Positions 1-12,399 of a DNA stretch of 64,000 nucleotides are shown here, one piece after another. The notes beneath the pieces were generated by a model. It saw nothing but the letters and a program-made list of their open reading frames with translations, ran no database searches and was not told the origin of the DNA. The stretch comes from Azolla caroliniana (taxonomy: Eukaryota; Plantae; Polypodiophyta), in NCBI GenBank assembly GCA_043228905.1, contig JBHGNT010000009.1, forward strand, positions 682,001 through 746,000, in the 5' to 3' direction. Within the stretch, counting starts at the first letter, position 1. Every line of letters starts with the position of its first letter. The translations under genes were made by a program, and so were the position numbers.

Positions 1-645
1 GCACTTGAGCCCTCGTCTAATGTCACACCATGCCTTTCACATGGATGTTTTGAATCTATCCTCCAATTGGAGGGAGAAACTAGGTTTGAGCTCCATGTTT
101 AGAATCCATTCAGTTTGGGGGTCCCAATTGGCCCCTTTTTTTGGCTTAAAGTAAGCGAAACGTAACCGCAACAACATTTTCCAGCAATCATTCCCTGGTT
201 GGAGTCCTCGCACCACAAATTTGGCGAGTAGGGCTTTTGATTGTGAGAGGGGATCAATAAGACCCAATCCTTCTCTCGACTTAGGTGATGTGAGTATAGG
301 CCACGCCACCTTGGCCCGAGTTGCATGATCTTCCTTACCAGACCAAATGTAGTTGCGTACCAATCGCCGAATCTGGTGTATACTTTCCTTGGAAATTGTC
401 CAACATGTTGTTCCGCTAACGAGAGTTTTTTCAAACTCCAATGTATCAACTTTTGTCGAATGGAGTGAATAACTGGTGCAATCATAGTCTCTGGAGGTAT
501 GTTGAACCCAATTTGGAAACCCAAATATTTGGTGCTCGCTCCTTGATTGATCCACTTGAACGCGGGATGGGGGTGCCATGCAGGATGTGCTTTAGGAGAA
601 AGCCATTTGTGCAACATTTTAGTGTATTGCACCAATTCCTTTGTA
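1..645 (-). mobile_element. L1-type LINE ORF2 fragment (end of RT domain and downstream region), frameshifted
   Basis: Overlapping ORFs 99..635 and 37..579 give KYLGFQIG...W..KKLS then RRLVRNYIWSGKE...RAKVAWPILTSPKSREGLGLIDP, the typical post-RT motifs of plant L1 ORF2. Runs off the window start. Confidence 0.85.
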
Positions 646-803
646 AAATAAATTAGAATAACTTAACCTCGTCTTATCAATATGTTTATTTTGATGCATC
701 ATTTTGAGGATGTTTTATACCTTTGCCAATTTTTATCTTAGCTTACAAATGTCGGCAAGTTTCAAGAAAAGAAGAATGAATCCAGGGCTATCACATTGGC
801 AGC

Positions 804-1554
804 GATCAAATTGAATAAACATGAGCAGCATTGAAATACATAAAGAGGATGGTAATTCTTCTTCTTCGACATAGTAACAAATTAAATGTCTAGGTCCATG
901 CTACCGAACCAATAAAGTTCTGAAATAAAAAAAGAAAAAGAAAAGGACATGAGACATTAAAGTGGGATAATGTGTATAGTGTTGCATGAAACATTGAAAT
1001 ACTTCATATATGCACATGTATATGTATATGTATATGTATTCACGCACGTGTATAAAAGAAACAATAGAATAAAGTGCCTATGTGAGATTTTTAGATCGGT
1101 AATACTTATTAAACCATTTCACAAACGAAAGTGCTAGAGGCAAGCAAATAACTGTGTTGAGAATCTAAATCTAGGTGTCATCTTAATAATGTTGATCGAA
1201 TTGAATAAACATGAGCAGCATTGAAATACATAAAGAGGATGGTAATTCTTCTTATTCGACATAGTAACAAATTAAATGTCTAGGTCCATGCTACCGAACC
1301 AATAAAGTTCTGAAATTAAAAAGAAAAAGAAAAAGACACGAGACATTAAAGTGGGATAATGTGTATAGTGTTGCATGAAACATTTAAATACTTGATATAT
1401 ACATTTATGTCTAACAATAGAATAAGGGGCCTATGTGAAATTTTTGGATCAGTAATTACTATACCATTTCACAAATGAAAGTGCTAGAGGCAAGCAAATA
1501 ATTGTGTTGAAATTTGAAAATCTAAATCTAGGTGTCATCTCAATAAGGTTGATC
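804..1554. repeat. Tandem duplication, period ~390 bp (2 copies)
   Basis: gatc(a/g)aattgaataaacatgagcagcattgaaatacataaagagg... starts at 804 and again at 1194, near-identical. Confidence 0.9.
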
Positions 1555-1662
1555 AGTTTGTACATACTTACCATCTTGCAGTGGAAATAGCTCATCAGAA
1601 TGTTAATAGTCTTTAGATTAATGTTAAGATTGAGATGCAAACGGCAAACGTGGAGGGTGCAC

Positions 1663-2958
1663 TGATGTGTGTGCTACTTGATCAAATTGTGTTGTAGCGA
1701 AAGTCGTTGCTCTTAACTAGAGAGAGAGGGGAGCGTTTTTTAGCTTTCTTAAAAGAACAATGATTGATTCATAGATAAAAGTAGTTATAGGGGTTAATAG
1801 TGGTTGGAAATGCAATGCTACGTGCTTTACAATAATGTTAGTTATTAAGGGCATGTCTTATTTGTCTAATGTGAGAAGCGGGGTGGGCGTGATTTGACTC
1901 AAAGATGTGAACGTGAATAACTTGTCTCTCAAGTCAATAGTATAAAGTTAATAATAGCAACTCCTCATCTTCTAAGTCTTAAGAGACATTAAGATGAAAG
2001 AGGACAAGGCAAAGACGAAGAAAAATGAAAATGAGAGTCAATAGTTTTGAAACTCATTAAAGAGATATTAAGATGAAAGAGGACAAAACAAAGAAGAAGA
2101 GGAAAATGAGAGTCAATAGTATAGACTCATTGGTTTCCATAGTAGCTTGGAACGAAGATGTAGTTTAGTAACGTGGAACGAAGACCTACAAAAGTTCAAT
2201 AGCTTAGTTCTCAAACACTCATATAAAATTTCTTGTAGTACACTTATCTTTATAAAATTTCTTGTACTACCCTAATCTTATTTTGTACACTGATCGTTCT
2301 CAAGAGACATTAAAGTAAAAGTGGACAACACATGAAGGCAAGGAAAGGAGAGGAGAGACTCGAAAAGCCATAGTTGAGATGATTTGCTAACTCTTTGGAG
2401 CTCCAAATCACTGATGTGACATGCTATTGAAGAGACGTGATGATATGTTTTGTAACAAGGACGTGTGGAAATGAGGATTTGAGCCCCCATGAAGTCGAGT
2501 TTCATAGCCAAGTTGGTGCACCAAGGGAGGTGACGACACATATCATGTGAGAACGACATGGGGGATTCGAGAATTCGGGCGTGTTCCATGACAACGTTTT
2601 TGAGTGACCTAAGTTTAGTACACCATTGCAACATGTGGTTGAGAGACTAGAGAGATGATATAGCATGTAGCAAAAGCCGAATCGGAAGTAAGGAATCGAG
2701 CCCATATCATGGGAGTCTAATTATGTATAGCCTACCTTGGTTCACCATCACATGCATGTGTGTGCAAGAGAAGTGAGATAGTTTAAAGTGAGGATTCGAG
2801 CCCATGGCGTGGTCAATATGATTGGCTCATTTCGGGACACCGACCGAAACATGAAGCGACGAAACAAAGCCCATGGTGTCGCGCAATTCGGCACATGGTA
2901 GTAACAAACATGTAGTTAGTTCAAGTTGGATGCCAGAAAGGGCAGAGTCCCATTGACA
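1663..2958 (-). mobile_element. Possible degenerate LTR-like segment
   Basis: On the minus strand it starts TGTCAATGGG and ends ...ACATCA. It carries repeated GGGCTCGA(A/T)TCC motifs and an end motif (ACGACTTTCGC...ACAATT) resembling the LTR end near 31255-31289. No TSD found. Confidence 0.3.
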
Positions 2959-3274
2959 CAAAAATCAGGAGGGAGAGAAAGATAGGGGGAAGAAATTTTT
3001 ATTACAAAAGAAAGATTTGAGAGTGCTTTACTGAAAAACAGAGTAGTAGTAGATTAGGATGTACACATATTAGAAGAACTCTTGGAGCTAATTTATTGGT
3101 GATGGTGATGATAAATATAATGGTAATGGTAATGGTAATGGGAAAGGTTAATGGTAATGGTGATGGTAATGGGAATGGGAAAGGTTAATGGTAATGGTGA
3201 TGATAATGGTATGGTGATGGTAATGGTAATGGTCGATGTTATGGTGGTTTCACTGCTTCTCTGTTTCTGGTTTT

Positions 3275-3910
3275 TTACATGAAGACTTTCCTGGGCTTTC
3301 GCTGTAGCTCCTTCACAATCACTCGCTCCAGCTTCTCTTGCAAATCCACGCCTTCCATTCTAGCCATGTCTGTTATCTGATCATATAGAATGTCATGGCT
3401 ACACATGTCAGAGGGTGGGACAGGACAAAACTGTATTGCATGTATGTATGTATGTATGTATGTAGTACAGCATTTTACCACAATTACCCCTTCCAAAAAG
3501 TGCAGAAGAACAGAGCATTTGGGTAATGTATGTAGTACAGCATTTTACCACAATTTCCCCCTCCAAAAAGTGCAGAAGAACAGAGCATTTGGGTAATGTA
3601 TGTAGTACAGCATTTTACCACAATTTCCCCCTCCAAACAGAGCATAAGCAAAAAGCATTTGGATGTATGTATGTATGTATGTATGTATGTATGTATGTAT
3701 GTATGTATGAAGGGGATTGATTGATTGATTGTAGCAATTTACCTTTGCCATGGATGCAGTGGAAGCTGCTGGTTTAGGGTTTAGGGTATGTATGTATGAA
3801 GGGGATTGATTGATTGACTGATTGATTGTAGCAATTTACCTTTGCCATGGATGCAGTGGAAGCTGCTGGTTTAGGGTTAGGGTTTAGGGTATGTATGTAT
3901 GTATGAAGGG

Positions 3911-3944
<34 letters not shown>

Positions 3945-5652
3945 AGGAATTTACCTTGCCATGGATGCAGTGGAAGCTGCTGGTTCCTGTGGTAGTGAGG
4001 GTAGCATTGGAGATCTCGACGCTCCGTTTCTGCAGGAGCATGAGTACCCCTGACCACACCCCCTTCCGCCTCGGAATGTTTAGGGTTATGAACACATCGG
4101 CCCCACAGATGCGAACAGTCACCTCCACACTCACCGCCTGCTGTAGCTCGCCATCGCCATCTCCATTGCTGCCTCCTCCTCCTCCCTTCACACTCATGCT
4201 CTCCTCATCTTCCACTATGTATGTCACATTGGTGGGCCTGTATGGCGGCTTCACCACAACATGATGGCCATCGCCATCCTCGTCCTTCACTAATCTCCCC
4301 GATACCCCCAGCAAATCCATCATCTCTACCTTCTTCTGCTCCAGCTCCTGCAGCGTGCCCCACAGAGATTGGATGTATGTGATTACCTCTGTCAAGACCG
4401 TAATACGATCCGTGTGCTACAGAAGAAGAAGAAGAAAAAAAACAAGAGCAAGAAAACAAAACAGAGAGATTTCATGAGGAAAATGCCACACAAAAAAAAA
4501 AATGGACATTTGCAGAGCAAATTAAATAGCACATTGTTGTGAATTGTGGATTTTAGGGTTTGTGAGTAAGTAAGTAAGTACTTTGAGCTTGAGCTTGGGG
4601 ATGAGGGACTGAAGAATGCTGAAGGATTCGCGCATACTCTTGCGCCTCTGCCTCTCTGACAGGATGTGGACCTCCCTCTGAGACATGATGGCCCCGCCAT
4701 GGCCATGGCCATCGCCATCACCACCGGCCTCCCTCTCCCTGCGCCTGCGTGCCGCCGCCCCACCCCTGCATTGCCCACCGCCCAACTCCTCATCCCCATG
4801 ATCCGACTTTCTGTCACTGCCATCGCTTCTGCTTCTGTTATCTTTACTGTTCTTATGCTTGCTCTTACTGTTGTTGCTGTTGGATTGCGGCCTGTGGGTG
4901 GAGGAATTAGGCCTTCTTATGATTTTGACATGGGAGAGTGGCTTCACATCCTCCTCTTCCTCGCCATCGCCATCACAATCGCCATCACTGTCATCTCCAT
5001 CGCCATAATCATACATCTTCCTTTTACATCCCACTCCTCTACTGTTAGTAGTAATTGTGGTAGTTGTTGTTGTGGTAGTAGTAGTAGTAGCAACGCTATT
5101 AGAATTGGGCATTGTAGTGGGATGCGAATTGGTAGCTCTAGTGGAGAAGCTAGGGAGAGCTGAGGCTATGGCGGAGAGCTTAAGAACAGAGCTGTATGTG
5201 GAGGCATTTTCTGTGATGGTGGCCATGCTATTGCTATTATAGCAGGAGAGGGGTGAATCAGGGAGTAGAACGGGGTGAGAAATAGGAGAGGAATTAGTGG
5301 AAGAGTTTATAGTGGTTGCGGTGATGGAATGATTGTTGTTGATGATGAGCCATGGTGGGGTAGAATGAGTATGGGCATTGGTGTTGCTATTGCTGTTGCT
5401 GTTTTTGGAGTGATCTTCACAGTGAGAAGAATTAGGGTTTAGTGATGGAACATTGGAGGACCAGGCATAGCCATCGCCATAGCCATAGCCATAGCCATAA
5501 TCATCACCATCTTCTTCTTCTTCTTCTTCTTCTTCTTCTTCTTCTTCGTCGTCGTCGCCGCCGTCTTCTTCTTCTTCTGCTTCGTTTACACCATGGAAGT
5601 CATTAATGAGAAGCTCGGGAGAGAGCAAATTGAGGAAGGAGTCAGGGTCCAT
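3275..5652 (-). CDS. bHLH transcription factor, ZHOUPI-like (subfamily Ib(1)), with C-terminal ACT-like domain; 3 exons, ~562 aa
   Basis: Exons 5652-4582, 4416-3955, 3430-3275; both introns GT-AG, phase 0. Spliced bHLH: SQREVHILSERQRRKSMRESFSILQSLIPKLKLK|HTDRITVLTEVITYIQSL. ACT-like: VTVRICGADVFITLNIPRRKGVWSGVLMLLQKRSVEISNATL...CIHGK|F. Both resemble ZOU/bHLH95 as I recall it. Confidence 0.88.
3458..3662. repeat. 70-bp tandem triplication in bHLH intron 2
   Basis: atgtagtacagcattttaccacaatt... at 3460, 3530 and 3600, flanked by (ATGT)n microsatellites. Confidence 0.9.
3700..3985 (-). repeat. Triplicated exon-2 3' end plus donor site, units joined by TTTAGGG repeats
   Basis: ACCAGCAGCTTCCACTGCATCCATGGCAA(A)G|GTAAAT occurs with donor G at 3954, 3839 and 3742. 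Telomere repeats lie at 3870-3889 and 3773-3786. Confidence 0.9.
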
Positions 5653-5754
5653 GAGATTTACAGAGAGAGCAATTGGGCCTACAAATGTGATGGAAAATGT
5701 TGGTAGTATTAATTAATTTAAGGGTTGGGAATCAGCTGTGGTAAGGGGTAAACT

Positions 5755-5814
5755 ACATACATACATACATATATACTACTACATTCACACACACAAATCT
5801 ATATATATATATAT

Positions 5815-5845
<31 letters not shown>

Positions 5846-6215
5846 CTGAGTTTGTGTGTATGTTCATATATATGTATGTATGTACATATGTGTATCAGTA
5901 TCAGTATGTATAGAAGAAAGAAGAAGAAAGAGAAGAAGAGTTCCTTTCCTTCTCTATTGTAAGCTTTCTTATTTCTTTCTTTCAAGACACATACATATAC
6001 CTCTCTCTCTCTCTCTTCTCTTCTCTCTCTCTCTTCTCTCTCTCTCTCTCACTGCGAAGGCAACACGTGGGCGGTGGAGCAATGAGCACACCCTGCAGCA
6101 CGGCTCTTGCTTCTCTCAACCATCCATCCATTACATACGTACATACATGTACATACATACATACATACATACATACATACATACATACATACATGCATGC
6201 ATGCATGCATGCATG
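5755..6215. repeat. Microsatellite-rich 5' flank: (TACA)n, (TA)n, (CT)n, (ATGC)n
   Basis: Seen directly. Confidence 0.9.
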
Positions 6216-6221
6216 GATCCG

Positions 6222-6717
6222 AATGGGTAAATCACCCCATCTTTGTTGTAAACCAATTGTCTCATGGGCCAATTTTGGTCTTTAGAAGACGTTAATCTTT
6301 CTCCCTCCTTTTTGAGCCATCAATCCCATTCCCACCCACCAACCCCATCCTCCCGGGCTCAAATATTTTCAATCGCACTAGCTTTACTACACATATATAT
6401 CAAACACTTTTGGAACTACTACCTCGTGCATTTGTCTCTCTTTGTAACCCTCCCCTCCCCCTCCCCCACCCCCTCCGTATCGATATACATCACGTGTACA
6501 CAATCAAACACTTGCACCCTGACATTACACATTTCTCTCTTGATAAATGGGTAAATACCCCATTTTTGTTGTAAACCAATTGTCTCATGTGCCAATTTTG
6601 GTCTTAGAAGACGTTAATACATCTTTCTTTCTTTCTCTTAGATGATTGGGTACACACCCCATTTTGTTGTAAACCAATTGTCTCATGGGCCAATTTTGGT
6701 CTTAGAAGACATTAATC
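6222..6717. repeat. Three dispersed ~73-bp direct repeats upstream of the bHLH gene
   Basis: tgggta..ccccat.tttgttgtaaaccaattgtctcatg.gccaattttggtc.tagaagac.ttaat at 6222, 6546 and 6645. Confidence 0.9.
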
Positions 6718-9700
6718 TCTCTCTCTCTCTCTCTATGTATCTATATACATCATCTGTACAAACACGTCCACCCACATGCACACACACACACACATATATC
6801 TCTCTCCCTAAAGGTCTCTTTCCTCAATTGGACACCTTTAACAAAGTTACATTGTCTGACTACCTCTATCACACACTTGTCATTTGGTTTGATGTAAGTT
6901 GTAACCATTATCTATATCTCTTAACCCTCTCTTTGTCTCTCATGTATACAATATATGTATATAGTATATACTATACATGAGAAGAGAGAGGGTTAAGAGA
7001 TACATATAATGCATATGTATGTGTGTGTGTACATATATATTATATATATAATTCGTATGTGTGTAAGTATATTCTATCTCCGCACATATATACACATCAT
7101 GTTTACGTTCACACATTGTCTCCCTAAGGCTCCTCTATCCGACACCACACAAAACTAGAAGTTCATCTTGCAAATGATAACAGAAACCATGTTAAGTCCA
7201 CACAGTCCTTATGTACTTTAACACACTCATTATATATGTATACTCTCCTCCATATTTGATCATGTGTACTCTCTTGATATAAAACTATATCCATGCCTGC
7301 CTACCCATCATGTGTGTACCCTTGCTCTCTCTATACATATATTCTCTCCACTCCATATGTGTACACATCATGTGTATACACTCTCTCTCTCTCTCTCTCT
7401 CTCTTGCCCCGTCTCCAAGGTCCTCTCTCCAACTCTTAGTAAAAAATAAAAAGTTCATTTCGCAAAGAAAAGTTCAACCACCTCTCGAGAATATTTGACC
7501 CCCCCCCCCCCATGTTACATGAATGACGCTCGTGTCCCTTTATCGAAGCCCCTATGTATGGATCTTGTCTGCCAAGAAAATCCTCAATAAACAATTATAC
7601 CCATGCCAAATGGCTTTTCAGTCACTTACATAGATTATGTCATTCTATACACATGCACACCATTGTCAATATGGATTGTTTGCAATAACATATTGCCACT
7701 TCATCCAAATTTTCATGAAATTTCTAGAGGTTGTAACCAAAGAGTTTGTTTGTATATCACATTATTTGGGAAGACCATGCTGTGATATCACATTGTTTGG
7801 GTTGGATTTTTCAATTTCCAAAGAGACAATTTCTGACAAGAATATTTTGCTTTAATTTCATGTGAAGAATTATAGGAATTATATGCTTTGATGCAAGAAA
7901 AGAAAACGTGGCTGATTGCTTAAAACAATTCTCCAACATTGTCATGTTATAAGAAGATGTAATCCACTTTTAGGTTAGGACATCATCATGAGCTGCTACA
8001 GAAGAACTAGGTACCACAAGGGCTATCCTTTATAGTCATAGCTCCTTGCCAAGCCTACAAATGTTGAGATCAATAGTTCTTAAACATATACAACTACATG
8101 CTTTAGGCCTCATATGTGGAACCATGTGGAGTTGAAGCACTAGGGTAATTTGGTAAGTTATTAAGGTGGGGTGTAGTGGAGGATCACTTTTTTGGACCTC
8201 CCTAGACCAAAAGATCACATGAAGTCCAAAGTGGATTCTTTTATCTCATATAATGCCCTTGGGTTCAAGTTTACACAAGAGCAGGGCCCATTTGGTGCAT
8301 CATTTATGCTCCCCATTTTCGCAAAACATTAGAGAATGATAAGAAAAACATTTCTTGCTTTACTCATATGTGTTTCATGCATTCACTTAGAATTGTGGGT
8401 GTCGTTTCATGATTAAAAAATATATATACAATCATATGCCATTACTCCATATGTCAAACAAAATTTGCACAATGACGCGGAAATATACGTGTAAGTTACA
8501 TTGCTTTCTTTAGTCAATAGAAAAACATAAGAGGAATGGACTGATTGAAGTTGCCAAAAATTACACATTTTTTGTTGTGCATGATTGTATATTTTTATAA
8601 CTCTCGTTATGTTAAATCTATTGTCAATATGTATATGGTAAATAAGACCAACAAAACACTGACAACTGTAATTACAATTTGCAACGTGCAGTGTGTGTGA
8701 ACCACAAGCGTGTTTTTTTATCAATTTTATTTGGCACACATGTTGAGATAACTTGCATCATCTCTAACACGATGTTCGCTCAACTCGTTCACCTGTATGA
8801 TTGCATCTAGTACTCACTCATGCCATTACCTAAATATATGACAAGTTTGCTCATGACACACATAAGTAAAAGGGAACAAAATGGAGATTGTACAAATTGT
8901 TCACACAATCACTCATAGTATGAATAAATAGTGATAAATAAGGTGCAACATAAGCCTTATTGCTCATTGGAACATGGTAATCTAGAGTTAATAATGAAAC
9001 AAAAGTAGATGTAAATACATATGGAATAATTGTTATATTAACTTTTTCCTTCTATGATGAATCATGAAATTACATCAAAAAATCCATTGTTGTTTGGACA
9101 ACTCCTTTTCCTTTCTTGCTACTCACACCCTTTAAAGTCTTTTCGTTTTGCTTTCCCTTTCTATATATATGTAGCAACAAAGTTATTCCCCTATTTCTTT
9201 AGATATGTTGCACTTCTTGAGACATTAACAACCAAATGTTCCCACAACCCTCCATATGTTGGGTATACATAACACGACCCATAATTAAAGTTTAGCTTGT
9301 GTTGTCCATGTTATACATCAACATTGATACTCATAAATTATCATCTCATGCATGTACCAATATTCAATTTTTTGCAATGACCAATATATCATCCATGATA
9401 ATCCTAACGGTATGCAATGGATGGTGTAGTAATGGTCAAGTATTCAGAAAATAATGGTTTTGCAAATGTAACAGTAAGGTTGTCCCTTGATGTTTAGCAA
9501 CGTTCATTAAGGTATCAAAAGTTTTAGCATGAGAGCCTGAATGGAATACTTGCTAGGGACATGTAATGTCTTACTCGTCCATGCACAAGGTCATAAGTTT
9601 AAACACGCATCAACTAATCTCACACATGTCATCAATGGAAAGGGGATGCATTGAATATGGTGAGCAAGCTAGCAATTGGGTCTCTCACACATTACTTATT

Positions 9701-10775
9701 ACAAATTTCCGACATGCATATATGTCCAGAACTATCTCTACTCATTATAAGTGTAGGTTTTATCTACAAATGCCTAGTAGACATTTACATTTCAGTGACA
9801 TAGAACTCCACCTCCAATGTGACAGGCATGTATTGCTACCCTCAAGACACAATCCTTGGTTTGGACCTCCTCGATTCGCTGAAATTTTCGAAATAGGTAG
9901 TGGGGAGTGCATTTATCATTGTGTTTGCAAATCTTTATGGTGTGTGCACCTCAACATCTAACTTCCTTATTTCCAATCACTTACGAGTTAGGTCAACATA
10001 AAGTTGCATCTTGATGGTAGAATCATATGATTAGGAACAATTTTTTTGTCGAGGACATATATTGTAATTGGTATAACTTTAATCTACTTCATAACATATC
10101 TTTCAAAATGATCATGTTGTTTTTGAGCCATTAGAGAAGCTATGATAAATTGCCAAAAGGGAAATCATAAACATGATTGTTCGTGTTCTTATGATTTCAA
10201 CCTTGAAACTTAAGCACTCAAGTGATAACACAACTTTCAAACACTCTATGCTAAACCTAATTAAAAAGGATAATTTCACCTAATGTAATCTACGAAAAGC
10301 TACAACTATCTTTTTATACCAACCAACACAAATGTTCACGTATTTTATAAGATCTCCACTGCTTTGGAAGTGTCAATTCCTAGAATAATTACATCTTTAT
10401 CATCATCACCCAGAATTTGAAGTGTGCAACCATCTTCAATGCCAAATCCAGCTACCTTCAAAGGCACATTGGTCACAATTTTACTCAAGATTTACAACAT
10501 GGAGTCCCACATCTCATCCACATTTAATGCATCTCTATCCTCATAAGATAGGTCACTTTCAATGGATGTATTTGTTTGAATAAATAGGTTGTGAATTGGC
10601 GATAGATAAGTTTATATGAGTTTTCTTGTTGTTAATCTTAATTATTGAATGCTAACATTCTACATGTTCTTGTTTTGCTCATGTTAGTTTGCATGGAACC
10701 TTTTTTGGGCAAATAAGAGGGATTCGATTTTAATAACTTACGATTGTGAGCTCAAGACTTGAGTAACGGGGGAGG

Positions 10776-11510
10776 TTTTTTTTTCTAAAGATTTACCTTG
10801 GTATTAATGGAAAGATGCCCAAAGCATAGTACGTAATATACCCGAATCCATTGGCAAACATTCTTTTTCATACGAATGCATATATTATCAAAACATTCTT
10901 ATGTTTTTCTTTACACATTTTACCTTAACGTTCTCACCTTAAAAAAAAAACCTTATAATATATATAATGAACACAAAAGTATGGTATTTACCATACTTCG
11001 AAGGGTGTTCACTGTTTACCATTCTCAAATGATTGAAACATTCTCAAATGCAAATGCACGTATGGTATGTATGGTTCATACTATGGCCCAAAGGCTACAA
11101 AGACCTCATACATGAAAGCACAACCACCATACCTACATCAACGCAACTACCCTAGAAACAATATTTACACATCTAAAATCGAGATCCTTCCATAAAGGGG
11201 GGCGGAAAAAACTACTTTGACGGAGCATATCTCCACTTTATTCTCTCCCCAACATAGGTGAAGCCTTCTCTGCCTTTGTCCACATTTCTCTAAAATGTTG
11301 TTGCTTACAAAACACAACATCAAACTCACCGATCATTGCCTCACATTGACCTCTTAGAGTATGCAGAAGAATCAACCATATCTCCTTAACTAACTCAACC
11401 ACAACTTTCTGAAATACACAATTACATCTTACCTTCCATAATACCCAAATTACTAAAGAAGATATCGTAGACCAACATTGTCCTCTACCAAACAACGGAT
11501 TGTCAGCAAC
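10776..11510 (-). mobile_element. 5'-truncated L1 LINE 3' remnant (ORF2 C-terminus, 3' UTR, A-tail)
   Basis: ORF 11238..11495 contains WSTISSLVIWVLWKVRCNCVFQ (the LINE W.LW..R...VF motif). The T-run at 10776-10784 is a candidate poly(A) tail on the minus strand. Confidence 0.65.
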
Positions 11511-12399
11511 AAAAGAGTATTGTTGTCACACTTGTTATAAAATGATTTCATATTATTTATATTGCAATCATAAACACAACTATTTTTATTTCTTATTCCA
11601 ACAAACATTGTGGTCTAAATAGGCGAGCTTTTCCAAACTCACATGTTCATTCCCTACACACAAACATTTATATCCAAAGATAATGTGTCCACATAAACCC
11701 TAAAAATAATAATTTGTTGATTGAAAACAACACGACCAAGATGGTTTTAGGAGCTTCATCTATTTTCATTGTAGGCTTAGGGTCAACATCAAGGGTTTCA
11801 ATACCAACCTTTGAGTGCATTGATGTAGGGTTGTGATATTTTGCGGGGAAATGAGTTTTCTTTTAGATAGATTTGTTATAATCCTTAGAAATCAAATATG
11901 ACCTATTGGCCCAAAACATTTTTATTTAGTGTGTGTGGCATTGAGTAGTGACTATGAATGTTCAGAAGTTTACTAATGAACATTCCGATCAAGTGTAAAC
12001 ATTATGGCGATGAGATGAATATGTGTGGATAATGGAGCAAGTTGACAATATGTAGAAAGAACACTTCAACATGGTCAAAGGCAACATGTTGTATCTAATG
12101 GTTGGTACTTGAACTGTCAAACTTGTTGAGGGAAAAATATGCATTATTGATGAGTCTCCTCACTATGCCCAACACCCCACCTAACATCAAAGGGAATGTG
12201 ACCTAAATCATATGGATATAATGTTATAGATGACAGACAAATGGATGAACTCTAGCATGCATCAATGAGTGTGGTTTCTCTGTTTCCAAAAAAAAGACAA
12301 TTTTGTAGTTTGATGCAACATGTATAATTTGATGTGGGAAATTGAGACTCCAAATTTTTCTCGAGTTTTAATACATTAGCGTTGCAAATAAAACTCGTT

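Noticed and set aside
3773-3889. True telomere or chromosome-fusion site
   Set aside because: Only 2-3 repeat units per tract, in one orientation, inside an intron.
4392-5242. Overlapping and antisense ORFs within the bHLH gene
   Set aside because: By-products of trinucleotide/hexanucleotide repeats lacking stops; no recognisable domains.
5738-7498. Short ORFs rich in YIHT/LSLS
   Set aside because: Translations of microsatellites.
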